Shown here in pieces: positions 11,142 through 22,927 of a DNA stretch of 64,000 nucleotides (position 1 is the first letter of the stretch; the number at the start of each line of letters is the position of its first letter). The stretch comes from Selaginella moellendorffii. Lineage: Eukaryota > Plantae > Lycopodiophyta. Under the pieces are notes generated by a model. The model saw only the letters and a list, made by a program, of their open reading frames with translations, had not been told where the DNA came from and made no database searches. The position numbers were made by a program, and so were the translations under genes. The stretch is taken from contig NW_003314262.1 in assembly GCF_000143415.4 (NCBI RefSeq), forward strand, positions 1,835,732 through 1,899,731. The letters run 5' to 3'.

Positions 11142-14100
11142 ATGAAATTTTTTCACAAACGTAATTTTCGCAACCTCTTTGCTAGGGTTTTTGGCATGGG
11201 AAAGAGGATGGCTGTGGAGCAGCTCAACAAGGCGCTGTGGTGCGACCGCGAGATCTTCGCCACCGGAGGTGAGATTGACGTAGCAAAGTTTCGGATGCCA
11301 GCATCGCTGCATGTGGAGGGTGCCGAGAGGATCAGTCTTCCACTTTCGCCGCTAGGTCTCGCCAAGATAAAGTCCGTGTCCCAGCAAGCTCCATACGGCC
11401 TTGGGGAGAGAACTCTCGTCGACACGGATGTGAGGCGAGCTTGGCAGATCAATCCCGACAAGGTCTCTTGCCCCGATGTTCCAAACTTCTTCTCGTCGGT
11501 GGCCCGCGACTTGGCCGCTCATGGACTCGCCGCCATGGGGCTGGATTCCACTGCTCTGGAGCTCGACGTCAAGCTCTACAAGCTGCTGCTCTACGAGGCT
11601 GGCGGCCACTTCAAGTTCCACAGGGACACGGAGAAGGAAGATGGCATGTTTGCCACCATGATCTTGCAACTTCCGACGAGCACGGGACACAGCGGCGCGG
11701 CTCTCGCGGTCCGCCAGGGACGGCAGTGCTGCGAGTTTGATTTCTCGGACGGGAGCTCCAGCCACTACTTCTCGACGATCTTCTTTTGCGACTGCGAGCA
11801 CCAGCTCAAGGAGGTGACGAGCGGGTCGAGGTTGTGCCTGGTTTTTAGCCTGGTGAGGAACAACGTGGAGTTTATACCCGCGGAGAACGTCCCGTCGTTC
11901 GTCTCGGCTCTTCCCCGAGTGAGAGCTCTCTTCCAGCAATGGGCTGCTGGCACTGGTGATGATCAAGCAGAAGGTGATGATATAGATGATGATAACCAGG
12001 ACGATGATATGAAAGATGATGATGATGAAGACCATAGCAATGATGATAAAGAAGATGTTCAAGACGTCAGCAAGAGAGACAGGAAGGGTCGTAAGCTACT
12101 GGCGGTTCCTTTGGCTCACAAGTACTCAAAGACGAGCCTGTCTTTCGCGGGGCTCAAGGGTCACGACCGCGTGGTGGCCGCTCTCGTGAGAGCTTGCGAG
12201 TTTCTAGAGCTCCATCTCTGCATGCTCACCAAGCATAAGATTGCGGTGGACGAGCCCGAGGTTGAGTACGTGATTGACAATTGGATCACGGTGGACGACC
12301 AGCCAGCAAAGTTTAAGAAGTGGAACATAGACGTCAAGCAAGAAGTTCTCAGGGCCTCGGCAAAGACAGCAAAGACAGATTACGATTATGACGACGAGGA
12401 CGCTGACGCAATTAGCGAGATTGACTTGTTTGATTTCCTCGAGGACGAGTTCCAAGGAGGGATGCTGGCTGGCAACGAAGGTGGAACTGATCAGTACTTC
12501 TATCACGTAGCAGTGCTCGTGGTTTGGCCCAAGGACAGCTTCATGAGAACGATCTGCTCGTCGTTGGAGGACGTAGCGTGGGTGCTGGACTGGATGAGAG
12601 AAACTTATGGCAGTGACTTTGCAGCTCCTGGATCACCGTCGAGGGGACACTTGCAGGAGATTGTCACGTCTTTGACACACCGGTTTGATTCGCTGGCTTC
12701 ACTTCTCGAAAGGGACTATTACAGCTTTGAGGAGAAACAAGAGCTCTTCCAAGATCCGGCAAAGCTGCTCGAAGTTTGCGTCAAGTCTGGGCTTAGCGAC
12801 GAGGTGCTGTCGATCATGAGGAGCTGGGGTGTGGAGCTGATAGACACCAAGGAATTCGCCATTGCCGTGCAAGCTTACGGCTGGGAGGCTTGCAAGGAGA
12901 TCATTGCTGGAGTCATCGAGCGCGTGGAGAAGACTCCACCTAGGAAACAAGTATCCTTTCTAAGGCAAGACAAAGGTGGTGAAGCTCCTGCGTGGCATGC
13001 CGCTGTGATGAAGCTGGGAGGCTTTCCTTCGCGGCTGCGGGACCAGGTCGGGTATCAGGACGGGGCCATTGGAGCTGCAAAGCTGTTGTGTGCCAAGCTC
13101 ATCGCGATCTCCACCGAGCTCCCGGCCGAGTTCCAGGACAGTTACAAACGGAAAAGAGAAGATGATGGGATCATGCTCTTGGTTGATTTTTGCCTCGAAT
13201 CTGGGCTCCAGGAGGAGGCCTCGCAGATCCTCGCCAAGCTAACTCTCCCGAGGCTGCGCGGCGGAACGCTGGCCAAAGTGATGCATTATTTCCCGAGCCG
13301 CACCAGTGAAGTGGAGGGAGCCTGGGACGAAAGGAAGAAGATGGCGGAAGCGAAAGCGAAAGCGGAGAAGGAAAACCGTTCCTCTTACTATGATTATGTC
13401 TATTCCGGATCGAAAGGGCTATGTGAGGCGTACGTGGGCGACATGGTGGAGTTTATGCTGGAGCTAGAATCGCTGGGACACCACGATGAAGCGCTGCGTT
13501 TTGCTGCCAGGCCTTTTCCTTGCGACTGTGCTACACAGAAGTTAACGGATCCGGGAAGGACCAGTCTACAAGAGCACTGGATTGTGGTTGCACTGCTGCT
13601 AAAGCCCGAGGTCATTCTGGGCGACTACATTCTGGGCGAGTACCATCGTTGTGCTGCGATCAACATGATTCAAAAGGCTGCGGGCTTGGTTGGCTTGAAG
13701 AACAACGAGGCGGCCAAGAAGGTGTTGGTCAAGCTTTGCAAGGATGAGGTGGTGGCCACGGCTGATATAGCGGAGATGAGTTCCTGGATTGAATACCACG
13801 GTGCCACCTCCAGCAGCAGACAGAAGGATCGATTTTATGACGACGTTGACAGTGAGGAGAAGGTGTACAAGACTTGGAAGAAGCAGAAGAAGTTTTTCGA
13901 GCTCTTGCTATGGCTGGAGGACGAGGAGTTGCTGGGAGCGATGGTGGAGTGCGTGAGCAAGAGGGCGAATCTGTTGAGGAGGATGCTGGAGAGGGAGGAG
14001 GAGCTCGTGAAAGAGGCCGTGAACCTTGGGGATGGCGTGAAGAGGGCGATGAAGAAGCTTGTGGAGGTGAGGATGGAGTATGTGTCGAGGGAGCCGAGCT

Positions 14101-14297
14101 TGGGCGACGTGGTGGAGAGCTTGACGCCGGCGTCCAAGAGGCTCAAGCTCTGCGGCGAAGTCGATGTTCGCCAGGCGATTGACAATCCTCGGCAGCAGCG
14201 GCGAGTTTACGAGATGGTGGTGGAGAATTGGAAAGGCGATAGTGCCGCGAGATTGATCGAGATAGAGAAGCTTCAAGCGCTCTACCAAATGCTTTGA
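11142..14297 (+). CDS. Large intronless 2OG-Fe(II) oxygenase-domain protein of the microbial/fungal type, copy 1 (true start possibly 11196 or 11208)
   Basis: KLYKLLLYEAGGHFKFHRDTEKEDGMFATM (HxD), DCEHQLKEVTSGSRLCLVFSL (distal His, 2OG-binding Arg), HKYSKTSLSFAGLKGHD and GNEGGTDQYFYHVAVLVVWP motifs; Asp-rich tract; helical C-terminal half. Confidence 0.85.
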   Translation: MKFFHKRNFRNLFARVFGMGKRMAVEQLNKALWCDREIFATGGEIDVAKFRMPASLHVEGAERISLPLSPLGLAKIKSVSQQAPYGLGERTLVDTDVRRAWQINPDKVSCPDVPNFFSSVARDLAAHGLAAMGLDSTALELDVKLYKLLLYEAGGHFKFHRDTEKEDGMFATMILQLPTSTGHSGAALAVRQGRQCCEFDFSDGSSSHYFSTIFFCDCEHQLKEVTSGSRLCLVFSLVRNNVEFIPAENVPSFVSALPRVRALFQQWAAGTGDDQAEGDDIDDDNQDDDMKDDDDEDHSNDDKEDVQDVSKRDRKGRKLLAVPLAHKYSKTSLSFAGLKGHDRVVAALVRACEFLELHLCMLTKHKIAVDEPEVEYVIDNWITVDDQPAKFKKWNIDVKQEVLRASAKTAKTDYDYDDEDADAISEIDLFDFLEDEFQGGMLAGNEGGTDQYFYHVAVLVVWPKDSFMRTICSSLEDVAWVLDWMRETYGSDFAAPGSPSRGHLQEIVTSLTHRFDSLASLLERDYYSFEEKQELFQDPAKLLEVCVKSGLSDEVLSIMRSWGVELIDTKEFAIAVQAYGWEACKEIIAGVIERVEKTPPRKQVSFLRQDKGGEAPAWHAAVMKLGGFPSRLRDQVGYQDGAIGAAKLLCAKLIAISTELPAEFQDSYKRKREDDGIMLLVDFCLESGLQEEASQILAKLTLPRLRGGTLAKVMHYFPSRTSEVEGAWDERKKMAEAKAKAEKENRSSYYDYVYSGSKGLCEAYVGDMVEFMLELESLGHHDEALRFAARPFPCDCATQKLTDPGRTSLQEHWIVVALLLKPEVILGDYILGEYHRCAAINMIQKAAGLVGLKNNEAAKKVLVKLCKDEVVATADIAEMSSWIEYHGATSSSRQKDRFYDDVDSEEKVYKTWKKQKKFFELLLWLEDEELLGAMVECVSKRANLLRRMLEREEELVKEAVNLGDGVKRAMKKLVEVRMEYVSREPSLGDVVESLTPASKRLKLCGEVDVRQAIDNPRQQRRVYEMVVENWKGDSAARLIEIEKLQALYQML

Positions 14298-14364
14298 CGA
14301 TTTGGTTCTTCCTTTTGCTCTAATTAAATTTTCATAGAATATACTATCATTTCAAAACCCGTTG

Positions 14365-14570
14365 AACCAGCAGTAACCAGCAGTACATTTATAGTCCACT
14401 GTCTTGCTCTTCTGCCGGCTCAAGAGCATAATTCACGATTCATTTCAAAAGAAGCTGTCCTAGAGCTTTAACCATTGACAGAACAAATTTGGCGATTGAT
14501 AATTATCATGACATCTTTGCACATGCTTAAATGGTGGTGCTTTTGCCAGCATTAGCGTTTCTACTAATGT
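14365..14570 (-). pseudogene. Decayed fragment of the RING-H2 gene 3' exons
   Basis: CAGCAGTACATTT...TCTGCCGGCTCAAGAG...ATTCACGATTC...TGACAGAAC...TGCCAGCATTAG is colinear with 43355-43590. Confidence 0.7.
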
Positions 14571-15464
14571 TAGAGGTATGCTATTAGAAAAAGAAATAAT
14601 CAAATTGTGTGATGTATGACTACAATGTCATATATTAATATTAACATAATGGGATTTTGGTAGCTATCAGATTAAATCATTCGCTACTATGTATAAATTA
14701 GTGGTGAAGATGAAGGGCACTATTGATTGTCTCTGAAGAGTTATTGAATTTAGGATTTTTGTTTAAATCTAGCTTTTGTATAGTTTAGATCTAATTTTTT
14801 CCATTTCCTTTATTTTATTCTTGAAAATTTTGATTTGAATTTAGCTTTTAAATTTCCCTTTCTTTCTAGCTTTTTTTATTTCTTTTCTTTTGCTCCTTCT
14901 TTTTCATTTATCTTCATGGTAGAGCAATAGTCTCCTCCCCCTTTGACTCTAGAGTAGTAGCTGGTGCAATTGCTTGATGCTATCTGATTGTAATTGAACA
15001 ACCAAACTTAGTTGATAGTGGCATTCACAACACATGGTATAGTTCCTTCTACTTTTTGTGTTAATCCTCGTATTTGGCTGGAGTTCTTTTGTGGGAATTT
15101 TAGGGATGATGTGTATCATTGGTTTGATCACTTTACAGTGATTGCTATATATCATTATTAGGATGATGTTCAACATTTGCATGAGTTTCTTACATGTTTC
15201 CAAGGGACGGCATTGTAGTGGTACAATAGTTTGAGTGCAGTGTGAGACACAAATCCCTAATCCCCAAAAGGGAGCTGAAGGGGTGCCACGTGGTAGTGGC
15301 CGAAGCAAAAACCAAACGAGCGTAACATGTTTGGACTAAAAGTTTCGACTTGAAAGGTCGAGAGCAAGAGTGGAACTCCTAACGAAGTGCTCAAGGAATA
15401 AGCATGAAGAGAACAATAAATGAATCTTTAGAAAAGGGACACAAGAGGACAACACATGACATGT

Positions 15465-15832
15465 GGAAGTGTCTGAGATGGAGTCTAAGATGGATCTGAG
15501 ATGGAGTTCAAGATGGATTTGAGATGGAGTCCGAGATGGACCTGAGATGGAGTCCGAGATGGAGTCCAAGATGGAGTTCGAGATGGAACCGAGATGGAGT
15601 TTGAGATGGAATCGAGATGGAGTCCGGGATGGACCCGAGATGGAGTCCAGGATGGACCAAGATGGAGTCCGAGATGGAGTCCAAGATGGACCCAAGATGG
15701 AATCCAAGATGGAGTCCGAGAAGGACCTGAGATGGAGTCCAAGACCGAAACCGAGACCGAGACTAGGACCGCGACTGAGGTCGAGTCCAAGTTTGAGTCC
15801 GAGTCTGAGTTCGAGTCCGAATTCGAGTTCGA
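15465..15832. repeat. Minisatellite array inside LTR A (GAGATGGAGTCC/GAGATGGACCC units, then GAGACC/GAGTCC hexamers)
   Basis: Directly visible tandem 11-12-mers followed by 6-mers. Confidence 0.9.
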
Positions 15833-16323
15833 GGGTGAAAGCCCAAAGCATTCGTCTCCTAGACCCTAGGGGTTTTGGTGAGCTCCAAAAGTATAGTAGC
15901 GGGGAGGACTCTAGTGGAGCTAATTTGGCCAAGAAAGGCCAGTTTGGCCCAAGAAGGCCATACCCAAGTGTTGAGTGATGGGATAACCACTGGCAAGTCC
16001 AAGGTTAGAGTGAATATGGACCGAAAAGTGGGGTAGCTTGGTGAAGTGTTCAAGAGTTGGCTCTAGTTCCCCTGGGAGGTTGAATGGCCAATGCTCCCAG
16101 TCCAAGTGTGGGTGGCACTACCTACTTGGATACCTGACGTGGCTCAATGGAACCTTGCTCTAAGCCCATAACTAGAGCACCCAAAGGCGGAAGGTGGGGA
16201 GAGTATTTATAAGGCTCGCGTAGGGCCATGGTGTTTCGAAATGTTGTCCCAAAGTTCTAGACTATGGAAAGGAAGAGGAGTGATTCTTTAATGTAGTGAC
16301 CAATGATATGGTCACGTGGTGAG

Positions 16324-17823
16324 TGTAGTGCACCTAAATTTTGGAGCCAAACTCTAAGCCCATTGCACTACGAAACGAGGGTCTGGTACAATCTCACTGT
16401 AAGGAGGTCCTGAGTTTGGACTTCCCGGGAGGTCACCCAACCCAGTACTATTCAAACCCAAGGACACTTAACCCCAAATATCCCAAGACCCTTAACCGAT
16501 TAGAAAAGAGGGTGCACTCTTGTTCATGGGCCCTTTCCCTCTATATTTGAACCCCATGGATCGTCTCTCAAGTCGTTCCCTTTGGTTGCTTACAATCTAC
16601 CACGCTTCCCTGCAAGTTCACGCCCTCGTGAACGGAAGCTGAGAGCTGCAGCTCTCCCGAGAGCCCCGCTCTCTTGACACCCTACCCCTCGGGTAGAGCC
16701 CAGTGGGAACAAACTGGACCAGCTAGATGTCAATCAACATGTGGTGTGATTCCCTTAGCCAACCAACAGAGTTGGACCCGAGACCTCTCTGATACCAAAT
16801 GTAAGGTCCTGAGTCCAACCCAGTACTATTCAAACCCAAGGACGCTTAACCCCAAATATCCCAAGACCCTTAACCGATTGGAAAAGGGGGTGCACTCTTG
16901 TTCATGGGCCCTTTCCCTTTATATTTGAACCCCATGGATCGTCTCTCAAGTGGTTCCCTTTGGTTGCTTACACCCACGAGCACCAGCTCCCCGTATCCAG
17001 CACCTGCACGCAAAATGGTGTCAGACGGAGTCTGGCACAATTTTGGCATACCGGTGGCCTAACACGAGGAGGAGGGTACCCCACCGACTAGAGCAGTGTG
17101 GAGCTTGGGCTTAGACCCAAGCCGAACACAGAACAAAGAGCAACACAGCCCAGCGGAAGCCAAACTAATGTCTCAAGTGGTCAAACATGCATTCCAACCA
17201 CTATCTTTACTATACATTTGGAACCTCCCATAGCCCCCCCCCCCCTTTGAAGGACACACATTTTGGGCTTTCACCCCAAGCCTCCCTTAGTACCACGAGT
17301 TAGTCTCTAGGACAAGTTCAAAACTTACTAAATATGGAATGGCTTTAGATTGCGAATTTGGACACCGAACGAACACCATTGTGTTCATGCCGATCTCTAC
17401 ATTCCGTAGATATGCCAAATGAGCAAATCTAGACACTTTCCATAAATAGTATATGGGACCGAAATGAGACCAACACTAAAGGCATGATAGCAAGGGTGTT
17501 TGGCAGACACAGTAAGCTATCATCCAGTGATATTGAGGGACTAGTCTCAATACGCGAGGGTTCTTGCCAAGCCAGTGCAAGAAAGAGCAAAAGAGAACTA
17601 AGAGCCAGGCTGAGAATGCTCAGCTAGAAACACATAGGAGTTCCTACCTTATGTTCATCTGGCTAAGTACAGATGCTAAGCCCAGTAAACTAACACTTGG
17701 ACAAGAGGGGCTATTGAAGGGAACCAATAGTACCGACCTCCTGCCGTCATGGCAGTAAGGAAAGAGTGCCCGTAAGGACTAGTTGACAAGTATCTTTCGA
17801 TACCCGAAGTCATATTCGCGACA
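16324..17823 (-). mobile_element. Solo LTR, family B (chromovirus LTR), nested in LTR A
   Basis: TGTAGTGCAC...TTCGCGACA; TSD GTGAG/ATGAG; homologous to 25503-26422 and 31937-32850. Confidence 0.9.
16398..16972 (-). mobile_element. Cassandra-type TRIM with 5S rRNA-derived LTR segments; LTRs 16398-16594 and 16800-16972
   Basis: Two TG...CA direct repeats; TSD CTCAC/CCCAC; tRNA-iMet PBS (reverse complement TGGTATCAGAG) at 16787-16797; PPT-like sequence next to 16595; LTR reverse complement GTTAAGTGTCCTTGGGTTTGAATAGTACTGGGTTGGGTGACCTCCCGGGAAGTCC resembles the plant 5S box A-IE-box C region. Confidence 0.9.
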
Positions 17824-20800
17824 ATGAGGAAGTCCTAGAGAACAGTAGGATTTAGTGGTCGGGCCTATGGGCTTTGTCCCAGTGGCAGTGTTGGCAAACA
17901 TGGTCATGGACAGAAAAGGGATTTGGTGGGGACTGTAAAAGGGATATTGGGGAAAGCTATTCCCTATATCTACAAGCATCTTAAGGATGCTAAAGAGTGG
18001 ATCTAGGATGGTCACTCTTGGATGGATGGCCTAATTTTTGAGAGATGGGACTGTGATGCAAGTGGTGTTGGACCACCGATGTGACCAAGGTGAATGGGCA
18101 TGGCCTTAGTGTAACAGGCTAGTATGTTGGTGGTATCTTGGGGTGTCAATCATGGGATTGGACACGTGGAGCACTTGGACCAAATGTAATGGTTGAGTGG
18201 CATGGATGCCATTCTTGGGGTTAACAAGTCCCTAAATCCAGAATAAGACTCACTCACGGAGGTTGTGAGTGAGACTCTTCCAAGTGGTCAAAGGTGTGGT
18301 TAAGTGACTAAAGTAAAATGGAAAATTTAATTGCTTACACGCAGCCACTCATAAGGATTAGAGTATTCTCCCGGACATGTTCAAACATGCCTTCAAATAT
18401 GCCAATGATTATGATGATGCTTTACAACAATTATATCATCTTTATCAAAAGCCATTTGAGTTGGTGATGCAATTTAGTGTTCATTTTTGAAGCTTCTTGC
18501 TTCATGCAGAGCTAAATATGTTGAAGCGGATCAAGCTGGGAATGTTGTGGCTAACACTTCATCAAGATTTTGTAGGACTTGTGTATACATTGCTCCAGCC
18601 ACCCTTTGACGATACCTTTCGCTTGGCACAACGTTATAAAACATTGCATCTTCCACTTCTTGTTGCACATCCTTCAACTTCACTTCTTGTGGAAGATGGT
18701 TTTGTTCCAATAGAGGTTGATGCTACTACTACTTGAGTTTAGGATACATTTGTGGATATGAATCTCTATTACAATGGTTGTATATTTGCCACAAGTGCAT
18801 TTGTTGATTAGGGCGAGGACATGGTTATGGCCGTGATATTCGCTGTTGGGTGTGTGATGAAGTTGGTCACACTTATCAGTGTTGTCGGCATTTTTTGGAT
18901 TGGCAGCTTCCATTTCTTGGGTGGAGACCTTGGTGTCAACAACATCTTGTTAGTGCTACTATTGTGGAAGGTCTAGATATTGAGATGCATCCAAGAAATA
19001 ATGAGTTGCATGAGTAATGGAAGGATTTTGTGCAAATAAGTCAGTGACCCCTCCATTTTTTTTTCGAGAGTATCATCAAAGGGTTCATTCGGCACATGTT
19101 CATCCAGTGTTTACTTTCCAAGATCATTTTTATAACAAGAGATCTCTTATTATTCTCTTCATGTTGGTTGATACGGGTTCAAATTTATCTTTTATTGCTC
19201 AATTTATTGCCATATGTTGCAAACAATGGTTTGAGTGCAATCACTCATGTGGATTGGAGCATTCTCCTGAATGTCTTCAAATGCACTTTTGGATATGCCA
19301 ATGATTGTGATGATGCCTTCTAACAATTGCATTATTTTTGCTAAAGGCCATTTAAGTTAGTGATACAATTTGGTGTTTGTTTTTGAAGCCTTTTACTTCG
19401 TGCGGAGTTAAATATGTTAAAGTGGATCAAGTTAGAAACATTGTGGCTAATACTTCATCATGATTTTGTAAGACTTATACATGCATTTACTCCAACCACT
19501 ATTAACAATGTTTTTTGTTTGGCATAACATTATGAGATGTCACTTTTTTCACTTCTCATTACACATCCTTTAACTTCACTTTCTATGGGAGATGGCTTTA
19601 TTTCAATAGAGGTTGATACTATTGTTGCCTAAGTTCAAGGACAAGGGTAAAGATGTGGTCATAATCATGATGTTTTCTATTGGGGGTAAATTAATCACAC
19701 TTATTGGTGTTATTTGCATTTTTTGGCTATTTCCTAGGTGGAAAACTTGGAAAGCAAGTTCATTTCTTATCCTAGGTTTGTTCTTACCATCTTTTCTTGA
19801 AGAATGGATTTAAATCCAGAGCAACACTCATGGCAGGGGATCATCACCTCGATCGAGGTCCAAGAACTTCAAGGACTTTTTCACACCCGCGACAATGTTT
19901 TATTAGTGTTGCTACAGTGAAAAATCATAACACTAAGATTCTTTTGGGAAATGAAGAATTGCACGAGTAGTGGAGGGTCTTTATGCAAATAAGTCAATGA
20001 CCCCTCTATGAGTATCATCAAGGGGTTCACTTTACACTAATTCATCTAGTTCATTCTAACTAGGGATGTTTATCCAATCAAGATTTTTATTCATCATCAA
20101 TTACTAAAAGAGATCAAGATTTTATATGTAAAACGTAAAAAAGATGTTGGAAAAAAGTGTTATTTAAAAGTCAAGAAGTCTTTAGCCATGTGAACTTCAT
20201 TTTGTGACAAAGCCTAATAGGAGTATTCATTTTTGTATTGACTATCATCCATTAAACAAAGTGATGATCCCAGATGTGTCCATCTTCCTCACAATGCTAA
20301 TTACCTAGATCATCTAGGGAGAAGTCGTTAGTTCACCAAGTTAGATCTTGTTTCTAGGTACTAGCAAGTGCCAATGACCAAAGAAAATATTTTTAAAACT
20401 ATTTTTCATACACCATTTAGTTTGTACAAGTTCTTGGTGATGCTGTTTAATCTAAATAATGCTTCAGCAACTTTTTAGCTGATGATGGATGAAGTTCTTT
20501 GCGATATACTAAAGGTGACTGTTGACTTCATCAATGATATCTTTATCCATTCAAAAGGGACGTGGGAAGAACACATTTAATATTCATAAGTGTTGGATCG
20601 GTTATGGGAAGATTGTTTAAAGTTGAAATGATCAAAGTGCATGTTTGAGTTTTAAAACACCACTTATCTTGAATACTATATTTCTCGTAAATGTTTGCAA
20701 GTTAATCATAACAAACTTATGGCTGTTCTTAAGTTCCTTATTCCAAAGTGTGTGAATGATGTGTAGTGCTTCTTAGGCAATGTGCAATATCTTAGTTTTT

Positions 20801-21776
20801 TTGTTGATCATTTTTTTGTTGCGAGCATCGTTGAAGTTATTAACATCATCTTTCATTTGATCTATGAATTGTGAATAGGCATTTATTGTTTTCAAAAAAT
20901 TATTAGCAACTCCAATTTTGGTGTATTTTACTACACTCAACCTTCCATTTTGTACATGGATGCTTTTGATATCAATTTTGGAGGTGTGTTATGCAAAAGA
21001 GCCCAAATATGCTTAGTTAATGCTATCCCATTAGATACATTAGCCATACATTATAACTAACAGAGGTGAACTGCTCCATAACAAAAAAGGAGTGTTTAGT
21101 AGCAATTTTTAGTTTTGAGAAACTTCATGCATATTTACATAGTTTTTCTTGAGTATTATAAAAGGTGATCATGCTACAGTTACTTCGCTATTAACATAGA
21201 AAAACTTAGTTAGTTATATTGCTTGGTGGGCTTTGAATCTTCAGATATATAATTTCGATGTTGTTTATCACCTAGGAAATTCTATGGTTAATGTTGATGC
21301 CCTTTCTTGAGCTCTTTTTCCTTCTTCGCTTTTTTCTCATATTTCTGATAAGTCTATTGTTCCAGAATCTGTGAATTTTCTAGATGAGAATTCTATGCTA
21401 TCAGTGGTTACTATACTTGATATTCAATGTCCATAAGGTGCAGAGCAAAATTTACCTTCTCTTGATGAAGTTTGTGAGGCTCAAAAGATTAAGCCATGAT
21501 TTGAAGGTTTCAAGATGGGTTTGAGAATATTATATCACTTGCTAATAACTTACCATTTTGGCATTTATATTTTACTATATTCTGATGAACTTATTATTTC
21601 AACATCTGTGGATTTTTTGGACAAGAATTCTGTGCCATCAATGCTTACTGTACTTAATGTGTAGTATCCACAAAGTGTAAAGCAAACTTTACTTTCTCTT
21701 GACAAGGTTTGTGAGGCTAAAAACATTAAGCTATGAATTTGAAGGTTTTGCGATAGGTTTGAGAATTTTGCATTAT

Positions 21777-22927
21777 TGTTGTGCATATGACTTCACGTAT
21801 CGAAAGTTACCTGTCGACCAGTCCTTACGGACACTCTTACCTTACTGCCACAATGGCAGGAGGTCGGTATTGCTGGATCCTTTATTAGTCCCTCTTATTC
21901 AAGTGTTAGTAAACTGGAATTTGCATCTGTACTTGGCCGGATGAGCATAAGGAAGGAATTCCTAAGTGTCTATTTAGCTGAGCATACTCGGCCTGGCTTG
22001 TTAGTTCTCTTTTGCTCTGTCTTGCACTGGCTTGACAAGAACCCTCGCATATTGAGATTGGTCCCTCAATATTGCTACATGATAGCTTACCGTGTCTGCC
22101 AAACACCCTCGCTATCATGCCCTTTGTATTAGTCTCATTTCAGTCCCAAATGCTATTTATGGAAAGTGTCCAGATTTGTTGATTTGGCATATCTACGGAA
22201 TGTAGAGATCGGCTTGAACACAATGGTGTTTGTCCCGTGTCCAAATTCACAATCTAGGGACATTCCATATTTAGTAAGTTTCAAACTTGTCCCAGAGATT
22301 AACTCCTGATACTAATGGAGGCTTGGGGTGAAAGCCCAAAGCATGTGTTCCTCAAGGGGGGGGGGGTGGGGCTATGGGGGGTTCCAAATGTATAGTAGGG
22401 ATAGTGGGTAGGTTGGGCATGGCCGACTAACCTGAGGCATAGTCTAGCTCCCGCTTGCGTGCCTGTCCTTGTTCTACGTCCGGCTTGGGTCTAAGCCCAA
22501 GTTCCATTCCATGCTAGCTGGTGGAGTACCCATGTCCTCACGTTAGGCCATCGATATGCCGAAATAGCACTAGACTCCGTTTGGCTCCGTTTTGTGTGTT
22601 GGTCCTGGCATTAGGATGCTGGTTGCTCCAGGACTGTTCCAAGTCGCTCCGGGCTCCTGTCCCTTCGCTCCTTAGGCTGTATGCTCAGGAGTTGCTCCAT
22701 GGTTCGGTTCCATCACTCCTTGGCTCCATGCTTGGTAGTTTGGCACCATTCCTTCGTTCAGTGGCCCAAGGCCCTGAACCTTGGGTTCCACACCATTGTC
22801 CTTTGGACACATGGCATGTGACATGTGGCATCTGTCACGTGGCACAAAGAGGGTTTAGGTTCCGCTTCATGGTGTTATCCTATGGTAAATCACTATAGGA
22901 TAAAAGATAAAAACCACGTGCGCTACA
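21777..22927 (+). mobile_element. Solo LTR, longer family-B variant, in the opposite orientation
   Basis: TGTTGTGCATATGACTTC...GTGCGCTACA; perfect TSD ATTAT; interrupts the family-E pol remnant. Confidence 0.88.

Larger units (their letters stand above)
15241..18339 (+). mobile_element. Solo LTR, family A, carrying nested insertions
   Basis: TGTGAGACAC...TGCTTACA ends; TSD TGCAG/CGCAG; homologous to 58911-60530; interrupts the family-E gag. Orientation inferred from a motif shared with family B. Confidence 0.9.

Noticed and set aside
11142-14297. Oxygenase genes as microbial contamination
   Set aside because: Both copies are embedded among plant genes and plant LTR elements and share duplicated plant flanks.
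16415-16475. 5S rRNA gene
   Set aside because: Only the internal promoter segment is present, embedded in a TRIM LTR.
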